From: Balanoglossus misakiensis
Lineage: Eukaryota; Animalia; Hemichordata
Assembly (NCBI GenBank): GCA_040954595.2
Contig: CM082577.2
Location: forward strand, 14,825,903 to 14,889,902
Reading direction: 5' to 3'
Length of the DNA: 64,000 nt
The notes under the pieces are model-generated. The model ran no database searches. It was given only the letters and a program-made list of their open reading frames with translations, and was not told the origin of the DNA. Of this stretch, positions 13,801-26,728 are shown piece by piece (position 1 is the first letter of the stretch; every line of letters begins with the position of its first letter). The translations under genes and the position numbers were made by a program.

Positions 13801-15433
13801 GTCAAATGAAGTTAATGGCAGTTACCATATGGAGAAAGAGGGTTTAAAGCGATGTCTGGAGTTTCTGAAAGACAAAGGAATTGATGTCGGAGAAATGATT
13901 ACTGACAGATATAGACAAATTGGCAAATATATACGGGAGGAACTTCCTGAAGCACAGCACTATTATGATGTATGGCATGTTGCGAAAGGTAAATACAGTG
14001 AAATATACGTGTAATGTTGCTTTTATATATAAATAGATGAGCTACACGTCTGAAAATTCTAGCGATGAGATGTATGCCTTTCATACAGTTTATAGTTGAA
14101 TAATGATAAATTTCATGTATGTACATAATTTCAGGAATACAGAAAAAACTAAAGTCACTAGCAAAGGAGAGTGATTGTGAAGATGTTGGAAAATGGATTC
14201 GCAGCATAACAAATCACTTGTATTGGTGTGCGACATCTACTGAAGATGGTAATAGCGAGGTGGTGGAAGCAAAATGGCTATCGCTGGCAAACCATATACA
14301 GGATATACATTTCGGGCATAGTGAACTCTTCACTGAGTGCACTCACGGACCTCTCAGACGCAGAGGAAGGAGGAAAAAGTGGCTTAAACCAGGTAAATGT
14401 ACTTTTCATATGAAATATTTTGGGGTTTTTAAATTTGTGTACCATTGTTTGATATATAAAATGAAAATTTGGCGTTGATTAATATGACAAAAACGATCCC
14501 TGAAATTAAACAATGTATCTGGTGTACTTGTGTTTCCTGCATTGCCAACTCTACCTTTGTTGACATTATTCAGCCAATGAGAGTCACAGAATGCATGATC
14601 TTTTGTACCTTCCTTGATTTTCTTTGAAGTTATGGAGAAGCACTGACATGATCAATTTCCTGTATTTTTCTCATATTTACCTGTACAGGTACTAAAGCAT
14701 GTGATAAGGTAGTATCTATAATCACAAACAAGACGCTGTGCAAAGATGTAAAGAAACTTTCCCCCCGCTACCAAACCTATGGCCTGGAAAGTTTCCACAG
14801 CTTGGTAAATCACTTCGCACCAAAGATGTTGGCGTTCTCATTCCATGGCATGTCATCAAGGTTATTAACTTAATTCTTACTTTTATCAAGATTTCTAACA
14901 CAGTAACTTATTCAATTGGGAAAGTGTGCTCTTCAAAAATAAGATAAGACATCACAACATTAGATTTGTCTTATTTTTTTCCGTATTTTCCTTACAGATT
15001 GTTACTTGCTGCCATGCATTTTAATGAAAACAATAATAAATGACAGGCAGAGACTGTGGATGGTGAACTCCAGTTTGTTGTGAAGTTTCCAAAGTACAAG
15101 AGTGGTGGACACATACTCAAGAAAATAATGGAAACCAGCTCTTATGGTAATAACATATATTGCATTTCTGAATAATTGCCTGTTTGGGGAATAGTGTTAA
15201 AGATATATAGACGACCATCTGGCTTTGTATTTGAGTGGAGTTTTCTTTTAAAGTTGCATTTTCAATTATTTTCAGCATATGTAACAGATCTAATGACAGA
15301 ATTGGAAAGTGCTGTTGCTGGTGACACTTCACTTCCGGTACTTGAAGATGAACCTCCACCACTATGTGGTGGATTTGACCGTCCTAATAAGGAGAGGCTT
15401 ATTCAGGAACACAGGAAAAGATTTTCTTGTTGA
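10868..15433 (+). pseudogene. Multi-exon Kolobok transposase with N-terminal THAP domain; premature stops
   Basis: THAP exon 10868-11275 (CSFGGC..FP..CSEHF..LKSNAVP, TGA at 10964). Later exons give GDGRADSPGHSAKY, MEKEG, TDRY, YDVWH, NHLYWC, LESFHS..FAPK and LAAMHFNEN. Second TGA at 15041. Confidence 0.85.
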
Positions 15434-16381
15434 GAAGTGGATCAGACAGGCAGTCATGAGTATTTATATTAGCCAGAACCAAGCTCTAATTTAAGCTATT
15501 TGTTTTGCTGTAATGATTTAGTTTAGGTCACACTGCGAGTGCTCTTGACTTATATTTTCACCTGGAAAGTTTTCACACTTGTCTAACAGGTATAATTGTT
15601 TGTAGGTTTTGTGACTTTTGTCTACTAGACACAGACAATTCTATACCTGTTGAGATCTTGGTGTTAATTTGTTTCTCTCTTTCTTAGTTACTATTCATAT
15701 ATCTCAGTCAATGGGTGATGACTACTGCAGAATACAACTTCTTCATGTGGCAACATACAAAAAAACACACTAAATATTTTAACACACTGCTATTTATTAC
15801 TAGAAGTTTTAACATTGTTACCATTAAGGCCAGGCTCCACCCTAAAAAAACACCATTTTCCTTCACCTGACCAACTTTCATGTTTTTGTATTATTGTGAC
15901 CTTGGGTTATTGTGCTTTGACATTGAAGGTGTTTTATAGCCCTAACTTCCTCACTAAGGTATGAAAAATAACATTTTCTGAAAGTAGGCAACCAAAAACG
16001 GTCAAACAATGACTAATAAATTGCTAATTAATTATTCATGAATCTGAAATTCACGTAATTTGGGTTTGCATTATCAGATTGAAAAAAATCTTGCAGTAGA
16101 ATGCTGGGCTGCAAATGTAGAATAACTTCAGTTAATCATTTCTTTTCATTTGTAACAACTATTTTTATTGGTCAGTCTATTTGCTTATACCTGCAGTAGC
16201 CCAGTAACATCGGCCAATCAGGATGGGGCTACTATTTTTAGTGCGGAATGCTTCCCGCCATGACAATCTATTGTTATATGAAATACACTATACTGCTGTC
16301 TGCTGCAAGCAAGCTAAATATTGTTTTGTTCGTCTTTGAAAACAAAATCGGTGCACATTTTTATTGACTCCAATCACACGG

Positions 16382-17428
16382 ATGGCCCCAGGCAAGCCAG
16401 GTAAACCCTGTAATCGACCAAAGAAGCGAGCATTTTGTGGCAACCGATTCACAGGATCAACCAGAAAACCGACGGGTAAGAAGCCAACACATGTTGAGCC
16501 ATTGGGCCACTCATCGATTTCCTCTTCTGAATGTAAATTGGGAAATATTCACAGTGGCTCTCCAGATACTGAATTAGACCCAGATGATGAGCTATCGGGA
16601 TACAGATTCCTTGACATTGAACTGTTCATTGAGTTTATGCGACAGTTCTCCTGTCCCAAATGCAATGCCGAAAACTTTGGTTGTAGTGATGATGTGACAT
16701 ATTTAGATGTCAGAGAGACTCGGACTGGTCACAACTCTAAGTTTGACTTTGTGTGCAGAAATTGTAATGAACACATGTCAATGAACACATCTAGAAGATC
16801 TGGCCGATGTTATGATGTAAATCGTCGTTTCCCACTTTCCATGTTTGCCATTGGACGACACTACTCCCAGGGAAAGCGATTTCTCACAAATATGAATATG
16901 CCACATTCCAAATCATTGAGAGCCTGGAATCGCCATCTCAATCTGATAAACCGTCAGACATGCACAGTTGCTGAGTGTAGTATGAAAAGAACTGCTCAGG
17001 AAGCAAGGCAAACATATGATGAAAACAACAACATTGATGAAAATGACCCAGTAAATATAACTGTTAGCTGTGATGGGACATGGCAGCGTCGTGGATTTAG
17101 CAGTAAGAATGGAGTAGCTACTGTCTTGTCTGTTGCTGGCCAATCTAGCAAAGTCATTGATGTTGAAGTGCTGAGCAACTACTGTAATAGCTGTGCAAAT
17201 CAAAAGGCTAAACTGGATGAGCCAACTTTTCATATTTGGTATGAGAGACACATAGAGTCTGGTGACTGTTGCAGAAATCACACTGGGTCAGCTGGTGCAA
17301 TGGAACCAGCTGGTATCAAAGCTATCTTCAACCGTTCAGTCAGTGACAGAAATCTGCGATATACTGGCTACTTGGGAGATGGAGATAGCAAGTCATATAC
17401 CCATGTAGCAAAGGCAAACCCTCCAATG
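16382..17428 (+). pseudogene. Kolobok/Mutator-like transposase, N-terminal half (interrupted)
   Basis: CPKC..CRNC zinc motif, VSCDGTWQRRG, CCRNHTGSAGAME, YLGDGDSK. Breaks at KANPP where the nested insertion starts. Confidence 0.9.
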
Positions 17429-17570
17429 GCACAGTTCAGGGTTTACGTCATCAAAATCTAATGAATATTCATGAGTTCGAAAATGCGGACAAAGTCGCGG
17501 GTACGCGTCGATTGCCCCCAGGACCGCCCCATCAGCTGGCTGCGCTGAGCGAGCTTTGTTTGTTTACATT

Positions 17571-17717
17571 ATGATGCCGGCGTCGACCGAACCAATTTCA
17601 CTGAATGTTCCTGGTGCAAAGCTTGCATATGCATCTGTTGAGAAGCACTCTGTTGAGCAACTTAAAAGGTGGCTGAAATGTAGAGGTATAAAAACAAGTG
17701 GGAAAAAGTGGAGCTGA
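17571..17717 (+). pseudogene. SAP-domain N-terminal fragment (of the ISL2EU-type second gene, usually a YqaJ exonuclease)
   Basis: MMPAS...VPGAKL..SVEKHSVEQLKRWLKCRGIKTSGKK, then frameshift/stop. Too short for the ORF track. Confidence 0.65.
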
Positions 17718-17983
17718 TGAGTTCATTCAAGTTCATCATCGTAATTATTGTTTACTTCCGCATTGACCGGCTTCTTCGGAAGCAGGCATACTAACATTCT
17801 CGCAAGCCAGAGCCGACCGTGTTTCCGCTCCGCGGAGCTACGCAAAAAACGGGCTCTGGCAGATTACAGTAGGGAACCCCGGAATTTAGGACGTAGACTA
17901 ATGAATTATTCATGAGAAACGACATTGGAATTAGCCAATCAGTAGTCGTTTTATATGTCTCCTTGTGTAAGTTAAGTTACAAC

Positions 17984-20900
17984 ATGGCGGCCAATAACCT
18001 GTCTGTACCTGTGTGTCGTGTCTGTGGCGGATCTGTCCACAAAAATTACAGGAGTCTTTTCCACGAAACTGTAGTCATTCTGAGAGAGACTTTAGTTTCA
18101 ATCATTGGCGAATATATGCAGAATGATGGTGTCTCAAGCCGGATATGCATGCTATGCTTAAACAAGGTACGGCGGCTAAGTAAAATACGAGAAACCATAG
18201 TGAATAACAGTGAACGATTGCGAGCGGAGGAACATGCACTATCCGGTCAGATAAGTGAGATTTTTGAATCATCAGGTCATCGTCTGGATTCGACATTCCT
18301 TCCACTTAAAGACTGTAATTTGGCGCAACCGAAGACGCCTCAGAAAAAAAGGAAAAGAAACCTGGCCTTCACCCCAACGCCGAAACGAACCAGTAAAAAA
18401 CCATATGAATCACCGAAGTCTCGCGCTGGACAGCGAACACCTGCTGCTACTTCCCTGCTATTCGGGCCCTCTCGAAGTGACAGTAAAAGAGATGTTGGGA
18501 ACCAAACGAATACAGACAAATCTGAGCATGATTTCCATGTTAAGGTAGGTTCTACTTGTCCATCTTCGTCCCGTTTTTGAGCTGTATTACAGCTTGATGT
18601 ATGTCAACTTGACATTTAGCCACGAAACATTCTAATACTAGTAATAGCAATGTGCGAACAAAACGAGTCAACAACAATGTGTATTTAATACGGAGGATAA
18701 CAGAGTTCCCTATTTTCTGAACGGCCTTTGTCGTAAATAAAGAGTCCTCTACCTGTGCTGTAAGACTATTTTGCTGATTGTCACAAGATATTGATAAAGG
18801 CATAACGAAAAGGTGGTATGTTATCCATTTCAAGGTAATGGTTAAATACAATAGTCAGGTGAAAACCAAAATTGTAAAAGACCAAGACATACAGAAATTA
18901 TGCAAAGCAATTGTTAATGGAAGGACAGACGCAACAATTGCTAGTTTGATGTATAAAAGCAACAGCTTCAGGACACCTCTTGGCGAAGCGGTCATGACAG
19001 AATTGTCCACACAGTGTCAACAGTTGTGCAGTAAGAACAAACCGTCCTACTTAAGGTCAACATCCCCAGATGATATGGGATGTGTTAGCTGGGAGAAAAT
19101 CATAAATGAATGGAAAGAAAGGTAAAATTTGTACTAATCATTGTAGTTCAATTCAATTCTAATCTAAAGTATGTTTTCACAGTTTCATGTCAACTGTTCC
19201 TCTTGACAATTTTGACAATTACGTACCTTCCTTCTGGCTTATATAGTTTTTTTTATTTTTTTTTATTTTTTTTGTAGATCACCATTATTGTATAAAAGTC
19301 TTGTAGCTATCACAGCAAAAAATAATGAAGTGTGTAGTCCAGTCATTGCATACCATGGGAGTTGTCTGCTATTTCAAAGAAACCAAAACATGTCACTGGT
19401 ACAACATGCTATTGGCTTGGTTTTGGATCATGGTGGTACAACCAATGAAGTAAGTTGTCTGTACCGGTATCTGTGCATATGGCGCAGGTTCAGATGTAGA
19501 GAGGCGAGGCCACGTAAAAGTAAAAGACCACAACGACGAAGGCCAAAATAACGAGTACATCTCTACAGCTGATTTTAATAAGATTGCAAATATGCCTGTT
19601 TACCTTCCCATTTGTTTGTTTGTTTGTTTGTATGTATGTATGTATGTATGTACATGTATGTATGTATGTATACATGTTTGTATGTATGATCAACGTTGAA
19701 AACTTGTAAAAAAAATGTAAAAATGTAAAAAATGTAAAAATAGATATAATGGAAAAACTGTACGACGACAAGTAAGATTGTTTTTAAAAGTAGTGTGTAC
19801 GTATTTTAGGAAATCACATATGGTTTTGTGCATCCAAACTCAATATCTGAAACTAGCTATTTTCCATGAAATGTTGAAATTTACATTTTCAGAAAACATA
19901 TGACCTTATGACAACAACTGCAAGTGTTAAATACAGCAACATTGATCTTGAATTCCTTTTGTTGCAGACTGTCTCTATTATGAATGAAATTGGTTGCTGC
20001 GTCTCATCAAGTAGTACGTACAAGAAAAAAAGGCAAGTAATGAAGAAACATGAAAAATTGGTTGAGGAGGGGTTGACTAAACACGTCACCAACTTTGAAC
20101 ATCTCAAAGGGACTGAGGCAGTCTTGTCCACTTTACCACCAGAACTTTGCACATCCAAAACTGTGAACAAATCACCAGTAACATTTGTTGCTAATGAAAC
20201 ACAGGATTTAGACGTCCAAAGTGCTGCAGAACTGAGGTGTGACAATAATTGTGTCACTGGTAGTAGTACTGTTGAAGTGCCGTGTCTTGATGCACAGATG
20301 TCAGTTGACTGTGATGATACCACTGACATAATGTATTCTCATGGATCACAATCAGCTTTCAGTGATTGTGGTATCACTGAAACACAACCTTGTCCGCCAT
20401 TATTGTCAGCTGATTTTGTTGGTTGTATTGATGAAGTAATGTGTCAAAGTTCATCACAGTCAATGCCTAACAATAGTAACATCAATGTAATGCCTTCTTT
20501 CCCTGCGTGCAGTGTCAATGATAGTGCTGTAATCCAATGCTCTTTTGTCGAATCCTTACCCTCTTGTATTAATGGTGCTGTGGATGAATATTCTTCCTTT
20601 AGCTGCTTGGCTACTTACTGTCAGTCACCTAATGCATACACTTTAGCAAAGAGCAACCTCATCACTACCACTGTCTCATCAAATGTGTACAATTTACCAA
20701 TAGAGATAGAGAGTAAGGGTAATGTGACAGTTTTGAGTAATGTAGCAGCATGTGATTTTAAATCAGTCATGCAAGTCAGTGCTCAGTCTTCTTACTTCAT
20801 CCCACAACAAGTCAGTTCTGTCAGTTTTTCACAATGCAGTGCCTTCTATACAAGTGCTTCTCAAATTAAGACTGTTGAATATTTGACATCCTTTGCCAAA

Positions 20901-23712
20901 AGATCTTCAGGACAAGAGATTCCCTTTGAAATAATTGGTGATAATTTAGATTTAACTATTACGCCAACCTATATGACCTCAGACAAACAGCGAAAAAGCC
21001 TTCATTGGTTTCTGAATGTTGGTATAAAGAAAAGAGTATTAGGTAATCATTTGCCAGATGACAAGCCCAAGGAAGATATCCTGAAAGTACCAAGCACATA
21101 TTTCTTGCCAACTGTAGATGAAATCACTCAATTAAATGAGGATTTTGTTTTTCACACAGTTAAAACTATGATCAAATATCTTACATTTTTAAAACCTTAC
21201 TGTGAGTCTGTTCCCAATTGCATAAGTCATCCTTTCATGAAAGAGACATCAGAAAAATCAGATTTCATAATATGTGACTTGATAGAAAAGAGTGAAAATG
21301 ATACAGAAGGAATAATTAATATTGTTCAACAAATACATGAAAAATATGTACCTCATACAAAAGGAGACAAACCTAGGGTTCTAAGTAGGGTTGTATTTGG
21401 TGGTGATGTGTTAACCAACGAAAGGGCATACACAGCACAATTGTCAATGTTGAATGGAGAGACTGACTACGAGGCCCTTGCAGGGATAATTCACAGACCT
21501 GAAGGTTTGCACAGGGTGATGAACTCCATCAGGGTATGCCTTTGATTTTCATTGCTTTGCAAAGAAGAGCAAAACTGTATTTCTTTTTTCCAAATATTTT
21601 CCCTTACACACCTTAATTCATATATTTTCAAACAGTCTCAGCAAGTGTAAAAATGATAACATAAAATGTAATTGACAGAGTGATACATGAGCAAGAATTT
21701 TGTCTTAATCATAAGAAATGACCATGTGATAGAAACAGGAAATAAGTTTTGTTTCTTTGCACTTTGAGCATGCTGTTCTATTTATGCATTGCATGTAATT
21801 AGCATGTATGAATTTCCTTCTCCACAACATCAGTATCTTAAGGCCGTAAGCAAGGAAATTATGTTTTGTGTTCCATTTTAAATTTCCATTGTTTATTTGT
21901 TTTTAACTTTGGCCTGTAGATGTGCTGAACAAGCTGCATGTTGCATGGAATTAAAGCATTTCATATCTATAGGCAATCTTATTACAATACCCATGCATGC
22001 TATAGTAAGGTTACTTAGCTGTTACATGTAAACTTGACCATTTCACCACCATTGTTTGGTCCAACTTCATTGTTGTAGATGTCAGAGTTAGACATTTAAT
22101 AGTGGAAATGGTGATGAAAGGGTTTAAGATGTAGCTTTGAAACCAAATGACTAATAAAAGTATGTATCACTACCGGTATATCTTTCAGCTAATATATCAG
22201 TTATTTTACAAAGCCAGCAGTGGAAATGATAGGGGAACATTATTCCAACTGAGAAATGCCATCAACAGGAGAGATGTATCTGGGGCAGACAGTGTTACAA
22301 AGGCCTTCAGGTATGTATAAGATCTTGTTTTACTTATAACACAATGTGTGTCATGGTCCAAGCCAAGCCATAGGTTGAATTTGGTCATATTGGCTCGCTT
22401 CCTTTTTTTTATTCATCTATATTGATTCTTGTGTGCATGTCTGGGTTGAAACTTGCATCTGAGTCACTCATATGCATAAATTTTACAGTGACTTCCGTTC
22501 AACAAACAAGGAAAATCAAAGTTGAGATTTTGCATATGGCTTTTGTTGCATTTTCAAATCTACCCTTTCAAATTTGTGAATAAAACCTTTAGTAGTCATG
22601 TGACCTTGGCCTTCACTCATTTCAGGTCTCATCAAGCATTTATTGATGACTGCTTAGATGCCTATATTATAGCCGCGTCCATGGAACACTTTGGCATGTC
22701 ACTGTTGGATGACAGTCCCACAAAGAACCATCTGCCCGCTGATATGTCAACCCTTGACATTGAAGACCAGTATGAATGGGTCAGCAACCAAGCCAGAACC
22801 ATACTCAACAAAAATCTGAAGACTGGTTTCAGCGAGTCTCTTACAGACATTAGACAAGGTGTTGTTCACCTTGAGGACAGTGATAAAAGACTGGAAAGTA
22901 TGAAATCAGATGATGGACTGTATCACTGTAATGCTAGCTACTGTAACAAAACTTATAAGCTTGTTGGAAATTTACAAAAACATTTAAAATCATGTCATGA
23001 CTGGAATGTTCAACCAAATGTTAGTGGTACTGATGGAAACATGGCAAGGCTACAACCAGATGAGGGCTTTATCGTGAAAAGTTCTTTTATGAAATGTGCT
23101 TTACTTGTTCGTGATACGTATGATGCCTATAAACATGGCGATGGTAACCGTGTTTTCAGAAATGCAAAGTTTGATATTTTGCTAGCAGATGTTACAGGTC
23201 ACACTAAATATCGTCTTTGGCTGTGGAGAATGTTGACTTACGAACATGCCCTTTTGTCTCCTAGGCAGGCCTTTGAGTACAAATGGAATATATCGAGCAA
23301 TTTATCTGGTGGAAAGTGCAATAACATCCCAAATGATAATGTTGTTGAAATCCAAGTACACAAAATCAAATCCTTGCTTAAATCACAAGGGGCAAATGTT
23401 ACTTTCCAGTCAGCTGAATTAGCATGCAAATCTGTACAGGTAGTTGAGGGGATCAAAAGCAATATCATGGCTCAGTCAAAGGTATGCAAATCATCCCGTA
23501 AGCGACCAGAAACTGATAAACAATGTGATATACAGACCATGGTTTCTGAACTTAGGGAATCATACCTTTTCACTGTATGTCCTGGTAGGCAGCTTGACAC
23601 ATTCAAGGATTTCAAAGATCCCATTGAACGAGTAAATATTGGAAAATTTCACAAGTGGGTCTGTGCTCAAAAACAGCGTGTTGCTGATGAACTTGCAGCT
23701 ACTTTACTGTAA
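17984..23712 (+). CDS. AcademH transposase (ZAD-like finger, DUF6589-type DDE core, C2H2 finger), predicted 1264 aa
   Basis: Exons 17984-18544, 18835-19121, 19278-19449, 19968-21533, 22189-22310 and 22626-23712, all GT-AG. Total 3795 nt, in frame, no internal stops. Motifs CRVC..CMLC, IIGDNLD, FGGDVLT, EGLH, PNDNVVE, CNASYC..HLKSCH. Confidence 0.85.
19610..19690. repeat. Compound (GTTT)n(GTAT)n microsatellite in a transposase intron
   Basis: Directly visible; probably part of a small non-autonomous insertion. Confidence 0.8.
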
Positions 23713-23999
23713 TTAGAGGATCATGTCAGCTGCTTATGCATTGTACACATGATTACATAGAGTTGATTTTTCTATGATGTCATCCATAATGTAATATACT
23801 GAGCATAAATAAACTGCCATTAGATATTTGAAATATGTTGCTTTCTTCTTGTTGGCTCTGTTGTCAGAGATGCTGAACTTATCCCATAAGCACTGTGTCA
23901 TCCAACAACAATGGTTAAAAAAAAATGCCCTCGTGAGAACCCTGAATATATTGTTAGTGTGTTGACAAGTAGAGTACTTGGTGGTTCATCAGGCTGCAT

Positions 24000-24047
24000 T
24001 TGGTAGCTCCGCAGAGCGGAAACACACGGCTCTGGCTTGCGAGAATG
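24000..24047 (-). repeat. Internal inverted copy of the AcademH left terminus (third end)
   Basis: Reverse complement cattctcgcaagccagagccgtgtgtttccgctctgcggagctac matches 17795-17841; first 21 nt identical. Confidence 0.9.
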
Positions 24048-24262
24048 GGCAGGACAGAAAACAATTAAGCAAAAGTTACAGCTATTGGAACTTGCACCTC
24101 ATGGTTTATTTACATCCTGATTACAAACACACCAAAACACTATTGCATTTTTTTCTTTTTAATTTTTATTACATTTTTAAGAAGGTACAGTGAATAATAT
24201 TGTCAAATATCAGGTGCACCTATCTTGATGTTGCATAACATGCACAGACCCATGAGACACTT

Positions 24263-26063
24263 TCAGTCATCTTTGTCCATGTACATATTGTCAGCATCAG
24301 AATCAAAGCAACATGCATCTGACAGAACAGCATTCAATATTTCTAATACATGAGTTGCCTGCTGAAATGTCCAAATATCACACAGAGACATAACATCGTC
24401 TGCTGTAAACATTGTACTCCCCTTTTCAATTATTTGGTCAATTACGTGGGTTGTGAAACCATGTGTGAGATCTGCTGAAAGGAGCAGATCACTAGATTTG
24501 AAGTCACTTAATGATTCTCGATACTGTTCTAAAGCAGCACGCAAACTACTGGCTTGACTTGGGGTGATTGTCCTTTCAGAGAAACCTACACTGTGCTCAC
24601 TAGATTCCGAATCTGAATCTGAATCAAAATTATTTATTAAGGCAGGGTGATTAAATTCTCGAAAGCACCTGTTAATTTCACAGTCACATTTGTACATACA
24701 TATATCACAGCAAAAATGCAATGGTTTGCCAAAGACTACAGCTTTACTGGAATAAATAGAATTCAGTGCATTGCGTCTACAATTTTCAACATTCCGGATA
24801 TAGCTCAGCATGTCTGGTTCAACATTACGTAGTTGCCTCTTATTGTAAATCAGTATGTGCACTGACTGAGAACCATCCCTTCCAGCACGACCTAACTGTT
24901 GCACTAAAGTGTCAACTTCTTGTGGTGGGCCAAAATTCACTACACTGGTGACTCCTTTGAAATCAACACCCATACCAGCAGCATTTGTACAGATAAGAAT
25001 TCTTATAGTTCCATGACTGACACTCATATTTTCTCTAATCTTGTCTTTGATGTGGGTCAGAGTACAAGAATGGTACATATTGACAATGGGGTCACCATTT
25101 TTGGCTGAGTAGTCTCTGAGTTCCTTGCAAAATATACTATATAACTTGGCTGTATCAGCAATAGACTTACAAAATATAATAGTGCGTGGATACTGTTCCT
25201 TATTAGTTTTAGCTCCTGTTATTAACCATCCAAAAACTTCAGAAAGCGGTAAAGAGCTGGCAACAGCATGTACAAAGAGTGTTATATTGTTTCTGTCCGG
25301 AGATTCAGTAAAATTGATGCTCTTCAACATACACAGTGCTACTTTAATTTGTCGCTGTCTTCTTTCAGTGGCTGTTGCAGTTATTGCCATCAAAGGGGTA
25401 CCAGGTACAAGAGATCGTAGCTCACCAAGGTAACCAAACCACTCCCGGAAAGGTTGCTGTCCTAAGTTTGAACTCCCCCTGTACAAAAACAAAATTTTAA
25501 AAATAGGTTGACATTTACACAAGTAATGGACTTAAAGCTTCACAAATTAAAAAGAAGGATGGCTTAAAATAAATAAAAAATATGTATACTGGTACTCACC
25601 AAAGTGCAATGGTATGAGCTTCGTCAACAACAATGACCTTAAGATTCTTCCGGTACGTATCAGACTTTAGAATACCCCTCCACATCCCATCGCCTAACAC
25701 AGACTCTGGATTGGTGTAAACGAAAGAGAATTTTCCAGACTCAAGACTCTCTATTTCCTTTGGATCTCTCCCAATGTAAGTAGCACTTAAGCCGAGAGAT
25801 TTCAAGATCGCCACTTGTTCAGTCATGATTGAGAGCAGTGGTGATACCACTAACACTATGGCATCGACGCTGCGTTGACCAAACACGACGGGTATGGCCT
25901 GGTAGCACAGTGACTTGCCACTGCTGGTCTTCGTGCTCAAAAAGACGTCTTTACCGATCAAAATATTGTTGATGACATCTTTTTGATGCGGATACAGCGA
26001 TACAATTCCAAAAGCACTGGATATCGCGAGCTCTTCGGCTGCTGTCAGCTTTAAATCCGCCAT
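24263..26063 (-). CDS. RecQ-like superfamily-2 DNA helicase of AcademH, predicted 559 aa
   Basis: Exons 26063-25600 and 25478-24263 (1680 nt, in frame). TSSGKS Walker A, VVDEAH, WG..FR aromatic loop, TAT, GMGVD, QQLGRAGRDG, and CRR..CCDIC zinc-binding motif. Confidence 0.92.
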
Positions 26064-26625
26064 TTTGCACTGTCATTTAAATAAGTTATGCAGTTTTATG
26101 AGACGGGCTCTCTGATTGGTTCCTTTGTCTGGCTGCTGGAACTGACGCTGGGATCCGCGAAAACCTTCCAAATCCACCACGGCCTGTTGGCGGTAGCGCG
26201 TAGCAGTTGCCGTAAACAGGTCGTGGTTTTACGACGATGGCATACTAAATATTGATGTGAAATGAATTTAAGGCAATAGAATTTCAAGAAAAAAATCGTT
26301 AAACTTATTATTTCTTGTGAGATTATTTTCCTGTTCAATATTTCCCCACTTGTGTTTGTGTAGTCTGCACGTATGTATGCGCGCCAACGATGTTGTGCAC
26401 CGCGACACCGGTTTATAGGTCCACTCTCGTCGTTCTTCGAAACGTTGTTGTTATGCTCTGGTGTGTTTTTTATTTATGTTCTCAGATCAAGTGTCGAATA
26501 GGCGATAAAAATATAGACCAACGCAATATACTGCGCGGAAATAAACTACGGGCTAGGCTGTGTGGGCGATGGGGGGGGGGGGGCTGCCACAGGTCCTTAC
26601 TGATAAAAGTAGTGTTGTTGACATG

Positions 26626-26728
26626 ACTATACGAGAGATATTTGCAATATTGATATGAGGTCGGGATGGTCGCTTGTTGGTCCCTTCCTGCCTACGAAGT
26701 GGAGGCTACAAATATAGGTGTCCTTTTT
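26626..26728 (-). pseudogene. C-terminal half of the split THAP domain (ISL2EU-type transposase)
   Basis: Minus strand reads KKDTYICSLHFVGRKGPTSDHPD, continuing the frame from 36540. Confidence 0.8.

Larger units (their letters stand above)
17795..26239 (+). mobile_element. AcademH DNA transposon (transposase plus RecQ-like helicase), apparently intact
   Basis: Perfect 9-bp TSD GCATACTAA at 17786-17794 and 26240-26248. Termini CAT...ATG with imperfect TIRs. Convergent DUF6589-type transposase and SF2 RecQ-like helicase genes. Confidence 0.9.

Noticed and set aside
16364-17461. Complete 365-aa Mutator transposase gene
   Set aside because: The C-terminal residues come from the inserted TIR; the real continuation is at 36894, and TTAA/GG ends indicate Kolobok.
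24048-24056. TSD for a stand-alone 17795-24047 insertion at this site
   Set aside because: Right flank ggcaggaca does not equal left flank gcatactaa; the duplication is found only at 26240.
24263-26063. Host RecQ/BLM/WRN gene or bacterial recQ transfer
   Set aside because: It has a spliceosomal intron, lacks recognisable winged-helix and long N-terminal regions, and sits inside a TSD-flanked element opposite an Academ-type transposase.
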